NCBI RefSeq assembly: GCF_036321535.1
Contig: NC_087436.1
Span: 44,394,001 to 44,458,000, forward strand
DNA from: Camelus dromedarius
Lineage: Eukaryota
DNA: 64,000 nucleotides
Reading direction: 5' to 3'
Both the position numbers and the translations under genes were made by a program. The notes below the pieces were generated by a model. That model was not told the DNA's origin and made no database searches. It saw nothing but the letters and a program-made list of their open reading frames with translations. Every line of letters begins with the position of its first letter. Within the stretch, counting starts at the first letter, position 1. This document shows positions 12,021 to 24,530 of the stretch, one piece after another.

Positions 12021-13894
12021 CACAGAATTAATGATGTTGTTTCTGTTTTGTCTTTTTTATTCTTGTAAAATATTTTAAAGTATATTGAAAGGAATCCTGT
12101 CTTGTATTTGTTAAATACCACTCAAACCTATGTGACAGGTACACATAAGTTCTCAGTAAGAAAACAAGTGATTAGTTTAATAGAGTTTAGGCAGCATTTT
12201 TTTCAGGGCTGGGCGGTTTCTAATTGGGTTATTAAAAATGTGTTAGATCTATGTCTTGATGAGGAAGGTTGATAATAAATGTTGTTAATTTAAAAATATG
12301 GAATATTGTGATAAAAACAATGTGTATATTTAATATTTTTAAAACTTGAAGACAATCTGTTTTTATACTTGTATATTTTAAATTAGAAATTAAAAGAAGC
12401 CTATAAATGAATGTGTATATACTTATCAAATTATGTTTAAATTAATACAGAAAGAAGTGAGAAGGCTATATAGTAAATTTTTAACATTGGGTGCTTCTGA
12501 TGAGTGAGATTGAATGGAAAGAAGAGGTTAACTTTTCTTTATACCTCTTATTGTTTGAATTGATGGGAGGGGCATGTAAGATTTTTCAAATTTGAGAAGA
12601 GAAGAGAAAAAATAAAAATTGAAACATGGCTCGTAAATTAGTTTTGATTTCATTTGGGTTTTTTTAACTAGTAATCTTTTCTGAAAAAAATTGTTTTCGT
12701 TTTGTGTTTATCATGCACTTGACTGATTTTTTTAGCAAGTTGAATGTGAATTTTTATTAATATTTATTATGAGAAGAATATTGTGGTAAGTGGAAGAATA
12801 AGGAATTCTTTGGCATGTTTCTTCAGCATAGCTTGTCTGAACTTCATAATAACTACGAGGTTGACATTCATTTTTCTGAACTTTACTTCCAAATTCAGTC
12901 AAATATCTTCTTAAAAGTGTTGGATACTGAGGCTGCTGTTGATTTATTCATCACATGAAAGATTTGATACTCATCTGTTAATTAATACAAAAGGCTAGTC
13001 ATATGAAAATATTTCTGGATCCTTTTACCTATCATTTTTCACTAAAAGAATGCCAGAAAACCAATATTTGAAGACAAGAGCTAAAATTTTGAGATGCAAT
13101 ATTCTCGAACATTGGCTGTGAAATCCCTATAATTAGCATGACCCTTGGAGAATGTCATTGGATATTTGATGAAAAAGGGCATGAACTCTGTCCTGCCACC
13201 AAGGGGGTCCTGTAATACTACCCAGAATGACGCCTGGGAATTTTAAACTACCAGATAGTTCTTATCTGAGAAACTCGGTGAGAAAGGCATTTGTCCACTC
13301 TAATGACTTTTGTTAGCAGATTTATGCCACTTAGATCAATATATTTCCACCTTTCTACCCACTAAACTCTACTTCTCAGATTTAAAAAAAAAGAAAGAAA
13401 GAAAAAAAAAGGAATATGTGCCTGGTCTCAATTTTCATAACTGAAAATAACTGAAAAATTTTATAGAAAACCACTCTAGTTCATATTCTTTGTTACAAAA
13501 TTTTATACATGCCAAGAGATACAAACATGCAAACACACAGAAAACCACTGACTTTCTTTGCAGAATTAATCACATATTTTAAGAAAACAAGTAGAATTAA
13601 ATGGAAATAATGCTAAAGAATGAGATACTTTATTAAAAACATTTCAATCAGAAGTCATTATTTCCTTATAAACAGCTTTTCTAAATGGTCATTGTTTTAG
13701 TAATTATAAGACCCTTATTCTTTTTCTTATGTCAGTCTTGATGTAAAGATCAATGGAAAGAATAAATGTCTCTTTTATAAAGATAAATACTTTAGAGAAA
13801 GGATGATTTTAAAAAATTGCCTGTTATAACTAAGGGTTTGCTCTTTGATTAAAAGTATCTCTAAAACAAATAACCTGCATGTGTGTATGTGTGT

Positions 13895-14150
13895 GTAACT
13901 AATGCAATTAATCTTCATGCTAGATTAACTTGATAAAATATTGACCTAATTTGGGATTAAAAGATTACGAGTAACATTTTGCGCTGAAGGCTGCAACATG
14001 CCTCATGTCAACGCAGTAATGACAGAATTAACCTCCCAAGCCCTCTTCAATTGGGGCATTTCTGAGCTGCTACTTGAGCAGTGTTTAGATGACCTACAAT
14101 GATTGGTGCACAAAAGGCCCAGTAATGCTGTTTTCTCAGCCAGCTGAGCT
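13895..14150. promoter_or_regulatory. Candidate developmental enhancer (homeodomain site cluster)
   Basis: TAATGCAATTA P3 palindrome, GGATTA/AGATTA sites, TGACAG, TGATTGG, ACAAT in unique DNA. Confidence 0.45.
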
Positions 14151-17017
14151 GCCTCTGTGGTTCAGAGTCGTGCAAAGGGAAAAGACATTCTAGAAATGTC
14201 CAGCTTCTGGTTTTCAAATAAATATTTTAATTTACTAGCAAAACAAGTCGTCTGGAAGTACTTAAAACATTTTTGTTTTAAGTACAAACATGACATTTAT
14301 AAACATGGTATAATTGCTTACAAGTGTGAGACATTTTGCCATTAAATGTAAAGCCTTGAAGGTAGAAAAAAAATTTCCCTGTTACTTCTCTTTTTTCAAT
14401 TTTGACAATTAATGAAGAATTCCTACTGATGGGTTGTATGGATAGAGATAATGGTGTCTGGCTCCTTTTTCTCATTGGACTAACTGTGTATATATAAAAT
14501 TCCAATCTATACTTAACCTTCAGTTCCCCTTGGCAATTAGGAATGAGGCTGCATAACAAATAAAATACATAGGTGATGAAAATGGATTTTTTAAAAATAA
14601 AAACAATTAAGAGAGAGAAAGAAGAGCAGCATTAGTGCAACCTTTAATTATTAAGTAAAACAGAATAAAAACTGGCTAATTAGCCTTACAGTTTTGGATT
14701 GGTCATATCTTCTTTTAATAGGGTTCCTGATTATCTGGATCCTGACTTTCCTTATTTGTATAAATACACCAACTATTTGCATGGAAGAGGGATTGGAAAA
14801 GCCTCATTCTGTCCACTTGTAAATTAGTTAAACTCTGTATGTGTGAGTATGTGAAAGAAGACAGGCTGGGCCAGCCTTATATGAAAGCATTTAATAGTGA
14901 TGTTCACAGGGGGCTTGAAGAGTTATAGGGCAAGGCTTTATTATATCAAATGTGAACCAGTTCCTAATCTTTCTACCATTAGAGCTTCCTTCTGGATTTC
15001 AGCAATTAAAACCCTTCATGTGGAGGACACATACAGTATGATTTTTCTCATGTTCTATCACACAGTGTGGATCCTCCTTACTGGTATGACTTCCACAGGA
15101 GAATTTTGACTCATGTTATGACCAAGCTAAGAAAACCACTGACAGTATTTCTTAGAAGGAGTACATTTTAAAAAGAAATAAATATCCCAGTGCATTTGAT
15201 GAGTTCTCTATGGAAAACAATATGTTAATTTTGAATATTAAAGAAACGGTAAGGTAGTAATAATAATAAGCCAAATCATGACTCATTCTTTATTGCTTTT
15301 TCTAAAAAGTAAAAACTCCCTATGATCAGTTAAGCCTATATATATTAGGCTATGCATACATATGCATTATATATATACATATAATGACCGTATTGTTAGT
15401 TTAATAGATGTGTATATATGTATCTAAAAATACCTCAGAAACATGTATTACCATGGGTTCTGATTCAGTATGGATGGAGGGCCGCAGAGACCACTCTTTC
15501 AGCAGCTTCTTGCCTGCTGTTCTTTCTACATCATTACTCATTTCCTTTCCTTGTTCAGTGGTGTTTTCATTCGTGAGTAACTCAAAACCTTTTTGGAGTC
15601 TACATGGCTCTGACATTTTATCTCTGCAAATATTTAGCACATTGAACCAGTCTTCATTGTTTTCATATATAGAAACTCAGAATAAAAAGAAAAAATAACA
15701 GAAGAAATTGTTGTTTTCTCAGATTCCATCAGTCCAATCTGTTGAATGTGGCATATGTGGCACCTTATACTTAAGATGTTTTTGTAGATGAAAAGACTTT
15801 TAGCTACTCTTATCTTTCAGCAGGTCAGAAACAAATTAAAGGGTAAAAGGATTGTAATATTTCTGTCAATGCATGTAATTGTCTCCACAAAATGATTAGT
15901 GCTTATAGTAAAAATTAAAAAAAAGAATAACCAAGCACAAAATTGTAATTTGTACTTGTACAAAGTTCCACTTTTGTACAAAGCATAAAAGTACTAATGT
16001 GTGCCAAAAAGAAGAGTAAAAAAATCTGTTTTTCTCCTAATGGAACTGTTTCCCAAATACTATTAATATTATTCAATTTGGCAGAACTTAGCAAAACTTG
16101 TTAGATACGTGTTCCATAACATGTGTACTAGTTTCACACAGAAAAGATCAAAAACTGTGCTAAAAGCAAATTGACTTATTCTGTCCTCATTAATTTGAGA
16201 TGTGTATCACCTATTTAAATCTCTTTAATTTTCTTTAGTTTCCTGGTGTGTCATTATCCAAATTCTCATATGATGACTCTGACTACTTTCTCTCCTTTCC
16301 TGGATCCTTTTTTTTTTTTTTTTTTTTAATATTTCCCTACTTACTCTGTTTTAGGTCCATTTTTATCTCTCTTTGGTGAACTCATTTATTCTCTTTCTTC
16401 AACTATCAAATTTAAACCAATAGAATCAATAATTAACCTTGGTTACTCCTGAGGAGTGGGATTATGGAACTTTCTAATCTCTAAAATATTGGATTTTTTG
16501 CAAATAGTATTTATTACTTTTAAATTAAAAATTAAAAGTAATGAAAACATTTGTATGTCAGCTTTGAATGACTTAACTAATAGCTGAGATCTTAGATCTT
16601 TATCAGCAGAAGCTGGCAGTTCCACTTCTTTATTGTTCCCTCCCTCTGAGTCAAAGTGTAGTGTAAGGTACCTGCTCATTACCACATCTTCTAGGGCCTT
16701 CAAAGTGGGTCCATGGTGTTCCCATCAATTTACCATCACTACAAAGTTCTCATCATTCTCTTCATCATTTCTGCATTTGTAGAGTCCGCTGCCAATGTCT
16801 CAGTTGGGGATTTATTACCTTATACTAACTTACAAGTTATTTCACTGTTATTTATTTTTTGAAATTTGATTTGTAAGTTCTCTAAGGTCTGCAAACTCTA
16901 GTGGGAATACTAATGGTAAAACACAAGCTAAATTATTTCTCTTTTCTCAAACAACTTCAATATTTTGCTAGTTCACTTGAGTAAAAAGTAAGATCACTGA
17001 CACATATACAATTTTTA

Positions 17018-17554
17018 ATCTACTTTTAGGTGTATTCCCAAAAGACTTGAAAGCAGGGCTCAAATAGATACTTGTATACCAATGTTCACAGCAGCATTAT
17101 TCACAGTAGTCAAAAGGTAGAATCAAGCCAAATGACTATCAGCCCATAAGCAAAATGTAGCATGCACATACAATGGAATATCATTCAGCCTAGAAAGGAA
17201 TACAATTCTGATATATGTTACAAAATGAATTAAACCTGAAAACATTTTGTTAAGTGAAATAAGTCAGATGCAACGGACAAATATCATACAATTCCATTTA
17301 TATGAAATATCTAGAATAGTCAAATTCGTAGAGGCAGAGAGAGTGGTTACCAAGGTCTAAGGCAAGGGGGAGAAATGGAGAGTTATTATTTAATGGGTAC
17401 AGAGTTTCAGTTTGGTAATAATAAAAAACGTACTGGCGATATATAGTGGTAAAGATTGCACAACAATGTGAATGTACTTAATACCACTGAATGTACATTT
17501 GAAAATGGTTAAAATGGCATATTTTATGTAATATATATTTTACCACAATAAAAA
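17018..17554 (+). mobile_element. L1MB-type (L1MB3/4-like) 3' end
   Basis: CCAATGTTCACAGCAGCATTATTCAC...AATGGGTACAGAGTTTCAGTTTGG...TTTTACCACAATAAAAA. Confidence 0.9.
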
Positions 17555-19329
17555 TGCCCTGGAAAAAATATTTTTAAAAGTGAAAAAAAATCACATAAGC
17601 AGCTACTTGTCAAGTATCTGCATATGACTCTCAAATTGTGTCTCCATATCTGAATTATGATTTGATCATTCCTTTTTCTTCTATATCTTCTGGAAAATCC
17701 TAAGTTTTCAAACCTGCTTGTAGGAAGAAGTAGAACCAAAAGGAAAATAGAAGTATGGGTTAAAAAAGTCAAGGGTGGCAGTGCAGTAATTGAAGTTCAA
17801 AATGTGTGTGTTATCGTCTCTGTGGAGCACCGGGCTAGGTGTTTTCATTCATTCATCCACTTAGTTTAGTGTGCCTGTCCTGTTTCAGGTTCTAGGGTCC
17901 AGCAGAAAATGAGACAGACTAGATCTCTAACCTAATGGATCATTTCGGGTACTAGTAAGTGCTATGAGGGACGATAAAGCAGGAGATGGTGATTGTGTGT
18001 GTGTGTGTGCTTGTGTTGTTAAGATAGGATGGTGACAGAGAAAGAGGTAGAAAAAAAGAATCATGATTGTTTGTGTAACTTAATCTCTGTACTATATACT
18101 GCTTCTGTAGTTTCTGATGATGATGGTGATCAACCTTAAAATCCAGTGAGGACGACACTAAGGGGGATCACACATGCACATGCACACCCACACACATACA
18201 CACACAGGTTTTCTCTTTACTTGGGTCTTTGAGAACATGGCTTTGATTACGTACCTTTACAAGAGTGCTAAAACTCATATATCAATTCGTATATATGCAT
18301 TGAATTATTTCAGCTTCTTATATCTGTTATGTTGTTGCTCTGCCAAGTCATTTTGGGGAATATTGGCAAGAAGAAAAAGAATATTTCCTCACAGTGTATG
18401 TGTATGTTTTCCTAAGTAGGTTCCCTTCTTTTATGATTTATTCTATGAGATATTTATTTCTATTGTGTTTTGTTGTATGTTAGAGCCTGTGTTATTGAAT
18501 TTATTGTGGTTAGAGTATATTACTTTTCTTAAAACTCTGTATACCTCACAACACTTTCTTTGTATTTAAAATACAGTGTTTTCTCAGTGAATATTTCTCA
18601 GATTGAACTGAATCCATGATTTTAAAGCTTAGTTTTGCATATTACGGATAGTTGGAATTTCATGGTTGAGTTTTTATTGTTAAGATATCTTAATATTTTT
18701 CTTCCTTTGGAATTGTTATCATTATAAAAGATAGTACTTTTGGAGTGTGCCACACCTCCAGAGGTTTAAAAGCTAAAAGATACGTCCTGTGGAAAGCTTG
18801 TTGACTTCCTGCTCATTTGTTATTATTAACAAACAGAGCTGGCCCCTAACTTGCAAGTTGCTGAGGTGCCCAGTCTCTGGAGTTTTTCAGATTCATCTCA
18901 TTCTGCCTTGGTAAAATCATGAATCTTTTTCAAAGGTGAGTGCAGGGATGGATTTGGATGTTAGATTCTCACATTTTTATTTTTGTATTTCAGAAGACGT
19001 TCCCAAGAAGGCTCTGAAAACACTTCTGGTCAAAGAATAAATCACTTCACAAGTACATGTTTTGATGGTGACTTCTTCCTTCAGTTATGTCCCCTTAAAA
19101 GTCTATTCAGGGACTAAATAGTTTTATTTATTGAATTGGAAAGGAAAATATTTTGAGATCACTCATATTTTCCATGTAACTGTTTCAAAATCTCTATGGC
19201 AAAAAATTTGGAAGGTATTTCTGGATGCATTCATCAAACTTCATATTTTATAACTATTTTGAAAGTCAAAATGTTTTCTTCTAATACCACCAATTAGAAC
19301 AAAAAAAATTCCTATTCCTTGAATGCCAA

Positions 19330-20400
19330 CATTCCCCAGTATTTTGCCCTTAGCCTTCCTTCTCCATGGGCCATCTCACATGCTGCACAACTTTTAAAAT
19401 TTTATACTATTTGTGTGAATAGTGCCCATTTTCTTGTTTTATGTGGCTCCCCTTAGTCCATAGGTTCCTTCTCTTCTGTCTGTCTTTCCCCCAGGCTGGA
19501 CTCTGTGACTGGTTTCCCAAATTAGTCTCTTACCAACATCCTTAATTCTTGTGTATGCCTATTCATCAACTTCCTACAAAATCCCAATCCTAGATTGTTG
19601 CCACAATTCACTTTCTCTGCTCCCATATCCAGGCAGATGAGCCTACCTAACAATAATCACATAAACTTGGACATTGATAATCACGAAAATACGGCCCCCA
19701 ATTTGACCAGTCATTGTAACATTCTCCCCATTTTAATATCTTTTCTCAATCTTTTCAAAGAAAATTTAAATGTTTGTCACATTTCTCATGTGATCTGTTC
19801 AGCCTTTTCCTCTTGTCAGCTGATGACCTGTTGGTTTATTGAGAAAATTGTGCCCATCACAACTGTGCTGCAAACTCTCACTATAAGTTGTCCTTCTTTA
19901 TCTATAGAAGCTGTTTACATCCAGACCAATCTTAAAAATTTTCCCCTAATGTCAGGAGATGTATCCATTACCCCATCCTTTAATTCCATAATCTCCCCAT
20001 TTCATTGGATCTTACTCTACTTTTCATAGCCCCAACCCTGAAAACTTCAGACTCACCCTTTGTAAAGATACCTTCTTATGAGCCTCTATAGGGATGCTCA
20101 AATCTCTTCCAGTCTAGTAAAATTTCCCTTAACTCTGGGGCCCCTGTAGTTATTACTCTTTTTTTTTTCTTCTCCTTTTTCATCTAACCTTTACAAAAGA
20201 GAAGTCTTCACTTTCTTATTTTAATTTTTCAGTTCTCTGAAATGTGAATTTTTTTCCCATAACCACCATATTGAAACTTCTTTTTACTAAGGTAACACTT
20301 ACATACTTCAGTTTTCCAAACCAAATAATCATTTTTCATCCTTATATTACTGGAGTGGACACTGGACATGAAAAAATATATATATAATTATTGAATTGCC
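19330..20400 (+). mobile_element. Decayed L2 fragments
   Basis: TCAGCTGATGACCTG...TGAGAAAAT and CTAAGGTAACAC...CCAAACCAAATAATCATTTTTCATCCTTAT resemble L2 interior; explains ORF 19595-20029. Confidence 0.55.
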
Positions 20401-20740
20401 TTGACTTTTAGTTGGATTTTATTTTGTGCTAGAAAATTCACAACATATTAAATATCTCTACAATTTGATGTTCTTATTTAGATTTGCAAAGATGCAAAAC
20501 AATAAAATTTGTAAAGATACAAAACAATTGATCATCTACAACAAGAACTACAAAACTAATCAGTCCAGGAAAACTACCATAATGTGGACTCCATAGAATT
20601 TCAGGAGAAGCTATTGTCATTTTTGAAAAGAAGAGTAATCAAATAGTGTAATGCTTTTGATCCATTAGGCAATAGTGATCTGGTTTAACGAGCTAAGAGA
20701 CTCTAAATGCATCATGATTTTGGTCCCTCTTTGCAACCCT

Positions 20741-21606
20741 TATTTACTGAAGTATAGTCAATTATAATGTGTCAATCTCTGGTGTACAGCATAATGTCTC
20801 AGTCATGCATATACATACATATATTCATTTTCATATTCTTTTCCATTAAAGGTTATTACAAGGTATTGAATATAGTTCCCTGTGCTATACAGAAGAAATT
20901 TGTTTTTTTTGTCTATTTTTATATATAGTTGTTAACATTTGCAAATCTCAAACTTCCAGATTTATCCCTTCCCACCCCTTTTCTCCCGGTAACCATAAGA
21001 TTGTTTACTATGTCTGCAAGTCTGTTCCTGTTTTGTAGAGGAGTTCATTAGTGTCTTTTTTTTCTTTCTTTCTTTCTTTTTTTAAGATTCCACATATGAG
21101 TGATATCATATGGTATTTTTCTTTCTCTTTCTGGCTTATTTCACTTAGAATGACGATCTCCAGGTCCATCCATGTTGTTACAAATGGCATTATTTTATTC
21201 TTTTTTATGGTTAAGTAGTATTCCATTGTATAAATATACCACAACTACTTTATCCAGTCATCTGTCAATGGCATGTAGGTTGTTTCCATGTCTTGGCTAT
21301 TATAAACAGTGCTGCTATGAACATTGGGGTGCATGTATCTTTTTGAATTAGAGTTCCCTCTGGCTATATGCCCAGGAGTGTGATTGCTGGATCATATGGT
21401 AAATCTATTTTCAGTTTTTTGAGGATTCTACATACTGTTTTCCATAATGGCTGCATCAAACTACATTCCTGCCAGCAGTGTAGGGTGGTTCCCTTTTCTC
21501 CACACCCTTTCCAGCATTTATTGTTTATGAACTTTAAATTATGGCCATTCTGACTGGTGTGAGGTGATACCTCATTGTAGTTTTGATTTGCATTTCTCTG
21601 ATAATT
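20741..21606 (-). mobile_element. Camelid-lineage L1, 5'-truncated (ORF2 C-terminus + 3' UTR)
   Basis: ORFs give [19 protein letters not shown]...[13 protein letters not shown] and MWYIYTMEYY...MPFVTTWMDLE (L1 ORF2 C-terminus); camelid-type 3' UTR. Confidence 0.95.
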
Positions 21607-24169
21607 ACTTCTCACCCTTTTATCTTTTTTCATTTAATGCTTATAATTTATTCAAGCCTATATCATATATGGGTTGTCAGTCTTGGACAAGACAATTCTT
21701 GATCTAAAATATTTGGTACCCTTTTTACCTTTGAGAAAATGGGAAAAGCCAAAGACCTGGGCAAAATTCTACACCATAGGTGGCTTCATAGGAATAACTT
21801 AATTGCCATCGACATAATCTCTGTAAAACCTCTTCTTCCTCAGCTAGTCTTTTAACGTATTTAAAATTGTAAATATTTGGAATTTTTATATGACTTTAAA
21901 CCATAGCCCAATTGTTTGTTTTCATACTGACTCATCTATGTACATAATATGAGCGGCAGTTAAATAATTCTCTTATTCTATAACCATATTTTGTGGATGA
22001 TATTTTTCGTAAGATTCTTTTATATTTGAAAATATTTTCTAAGTTGTTAAATTATTCATAGAATTATTTTTATTACTGCTTCACTATTTAAAATGAAGTG
22101 TATTTTATCTTCTATTATTGCTTATATTTCTTCAGAAACAAGAAAAAGCCAAAGTCTCTCTACTTTCACAACTAAATTCATGACACGCTTGTCCTGAGAT
22201 TAGAAAAAAACATCCAATGCTGTGGAACTTTCCACACAAGGTGCTGTGGCACAGAGCCCTGTTGCCCTTGGTTTAAAGCTGTGAAGAGAAATTGATATTT
22301 TCAGCTCTGGGGAAACAGGGTGGACTCCCAGCCGATGGCAGCTTTCTCTGTTAAACCTGTGCTCAAAGAAATATGATCATTTTCTTTATGTACTACAATA
22401 TGAAAATAATCAAGAAGAACTACTTGATAGATGGTAAAGCAGAACTTATCTTGAGGACACTTGTGGGGAAAAAACAAAATCCTGAAATTTCTTTATGCAG
22501 CTGTTTGTACAGAGTAGTGAAATAAAGATTACTTTTTTTGAAACCAAGCTTTCAAAGTTGTTTTAATGGTTACTAACTAGTAATAAAAATGTATATTTAC
22601 ATGGGCAAGTAGTTTTTAATGTTCATTGTTAAAAGTGAGAATAATTATATCAACAGTTGCCTTTTTTTGAATAATACATTGTTTTATGATGGTCTGTAGT
22701 TGAACTTAAGTAACACAGGTTTGAAAGTATGTTTATACACATAGACTGATTTAATTGACTCTAATTTAAAAAAAAAAACTCACATAACCAGGTCCACAGA
22801 GTGCTTTTTATTTATCATATTGAAAAATAACCATTTGAGTCTATGTTTTTTAGTCATTATTATTCTTTTATGCTTTATGTATTAATACTACCTAATACAA
22901 CAATATTATGCAAAATAAAATTTCTAACAGGCATCTTTTTCTTTGCTTCATGTGGGTCAAAGTGAATTCAATATTTTTTGCATCAAATATGCTTTTATTG
23001 ACTTATTTATCTATTTATTAACTATATTTTGACTGCCTACTGTGGGACAGATAAAGTAAGATGTCAGAACAATGGAAATTTAAGGTGGAATTTTTCTGAA
23101 GCTCAAAATGTTGATTTGGGATTGTGGATTCCTTCTTTTTGTAATGACATTCACCAAAGTACCCAGCCTGAGTTTATCCTGAGGAATTGGGACTTAATTT
23201 ATATTGTTTCTTACGGAGAAGAAAGCAAGCTCTTCTATTTAGAAAAAGAGAGAATTTGCCATTGAAATCATAGAGGAGAGCACAAGAATCCTGCTATGTT
23301 ACTGTTGGAGTCTATGGATACTAGCTCCTTGTGCCCACAAAACTTCATTTTTGAAATTATTGTAAGTAATAATGATAATTTAGCCATAAGCCAAAATATC
23401 TGAACACCCTAATTTTTGCTATTTTAGAAACACTTAAATATATTTTTTAGTTTCAACTGAGTCTAAGCAGAGAGGTTTTTCCTGACAATAAGGTAATTTT
23501 CACTTTAAGAAATGCTGAAGTAAATTATGAGACTTGAAAGAAAAGCAAAACCCAAATTATTTTGGGAACATTAGTTTGTTAGTAAATGGAAATTATGTCA
23601 CCACAGTTATTTCACAACTGTTCTTTAATAATTTTAGTAACTCCTATGTCAGAAAAATGTAAACCCCTCCTGTAGAGACTGAAATTTGTTTTTGCTAAAT
23701 GTGCTTGAGCATTCACATCTATTAACTGTCTTAGGTAGTTTTGGAACTGGTGCTCAAGTCCTTTAGGGAAAAAAAAAGACATCCCACAGCACATTTTATC
23801 ATCATAATAAATAGAATTAATACTGTTATGATTAGTATCATGATTATTTACTTATTTTTTGGCTTTAAATTTCATTAAGTAATACCATTGTCTTAGAAAT
23901 GTATTACAGAGAGAAGAAAGCAAACACATGTCATTTGGCTGTCTCACCAGTGTCAAAGTTTCCTTTCATCCTGGGGGCAGGGTAGGGGGAAGGTCTGAGC
24001 AGAGACAGCAGTGTTAGGAGAATAAAGCTCTGTCTTTCTTTGAGGTGGGGGTATTATTTTATGAGTACAATTTCATATCTATCTTGTCATCTGTCACTAG
24101 ACAGAAGAGATATAGGATGGTGGCAAACTCATGTTAAAAAGGCTGTCTTGGGACAACAAAGAGAAAAGT

Positions 24170-24530
24170 TAATGGACATGGATTTACAAATTATTAATGA
24201 TTTTTCTTGTCATTTCTTGAAAATGAAAGCTATGCCCGCTGCCTCTCCCCAAACAGATTGCATTTTATTTCTCTGCAGTTTGTCCATCAGCCTTCACTCT
24301 GACAACATAATCCAGAACTAATCCAGAGCATTCAGTTTTCCTTGTTGGCTCTCAGGCAGCCTGCTTAGACAAATCCTGCTACCTGTCAGCCCTCCTGTGG
24401 GTGCCAGACCGACTGCCAGGTTAACCTCTGGGGAAGCAGGAAGACCTGCTGATTTAACCCCAACCTCCCTTCCTGTAATCCACAGTAAATGGGGGGGGGG
24501 GGGGTGAACAGGCTAACTGTTTTAATCAGG
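24170..24530. promoter_or_regulatory. Candidate enhancer with clustered TAATCC (K50 homeodomain) sites
   Basis: TAATCC at 24308, 24319 and 24476, CTGTCA nearby, unique DNA. Confidence 0.4.

Noticed and set aside
15956..15981. TTGTACAAAG...CTTTTGTACAA small hairpin resembling lambda/Gateway att cores
   Set aside because: Short AT-rich match with no vector or phage context; chance
16600..16820. Minus-strand purine-rich stretch that looks coding (ALEDVVMSR...)
   Set aside because: In-frame stop upstream, no clean acceptor, and no family I can recognise
19595..20029. Longest ORF (144 aa)
   Set aside because: Non-ATG start, overlaps L2 remnants, no protein-like features
21008..21633. ORFs with real protein similarity
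   Set aside because: L1 ORF2 C-terminal fragments of a truncated, disrupted retrotransposon, not a host gene
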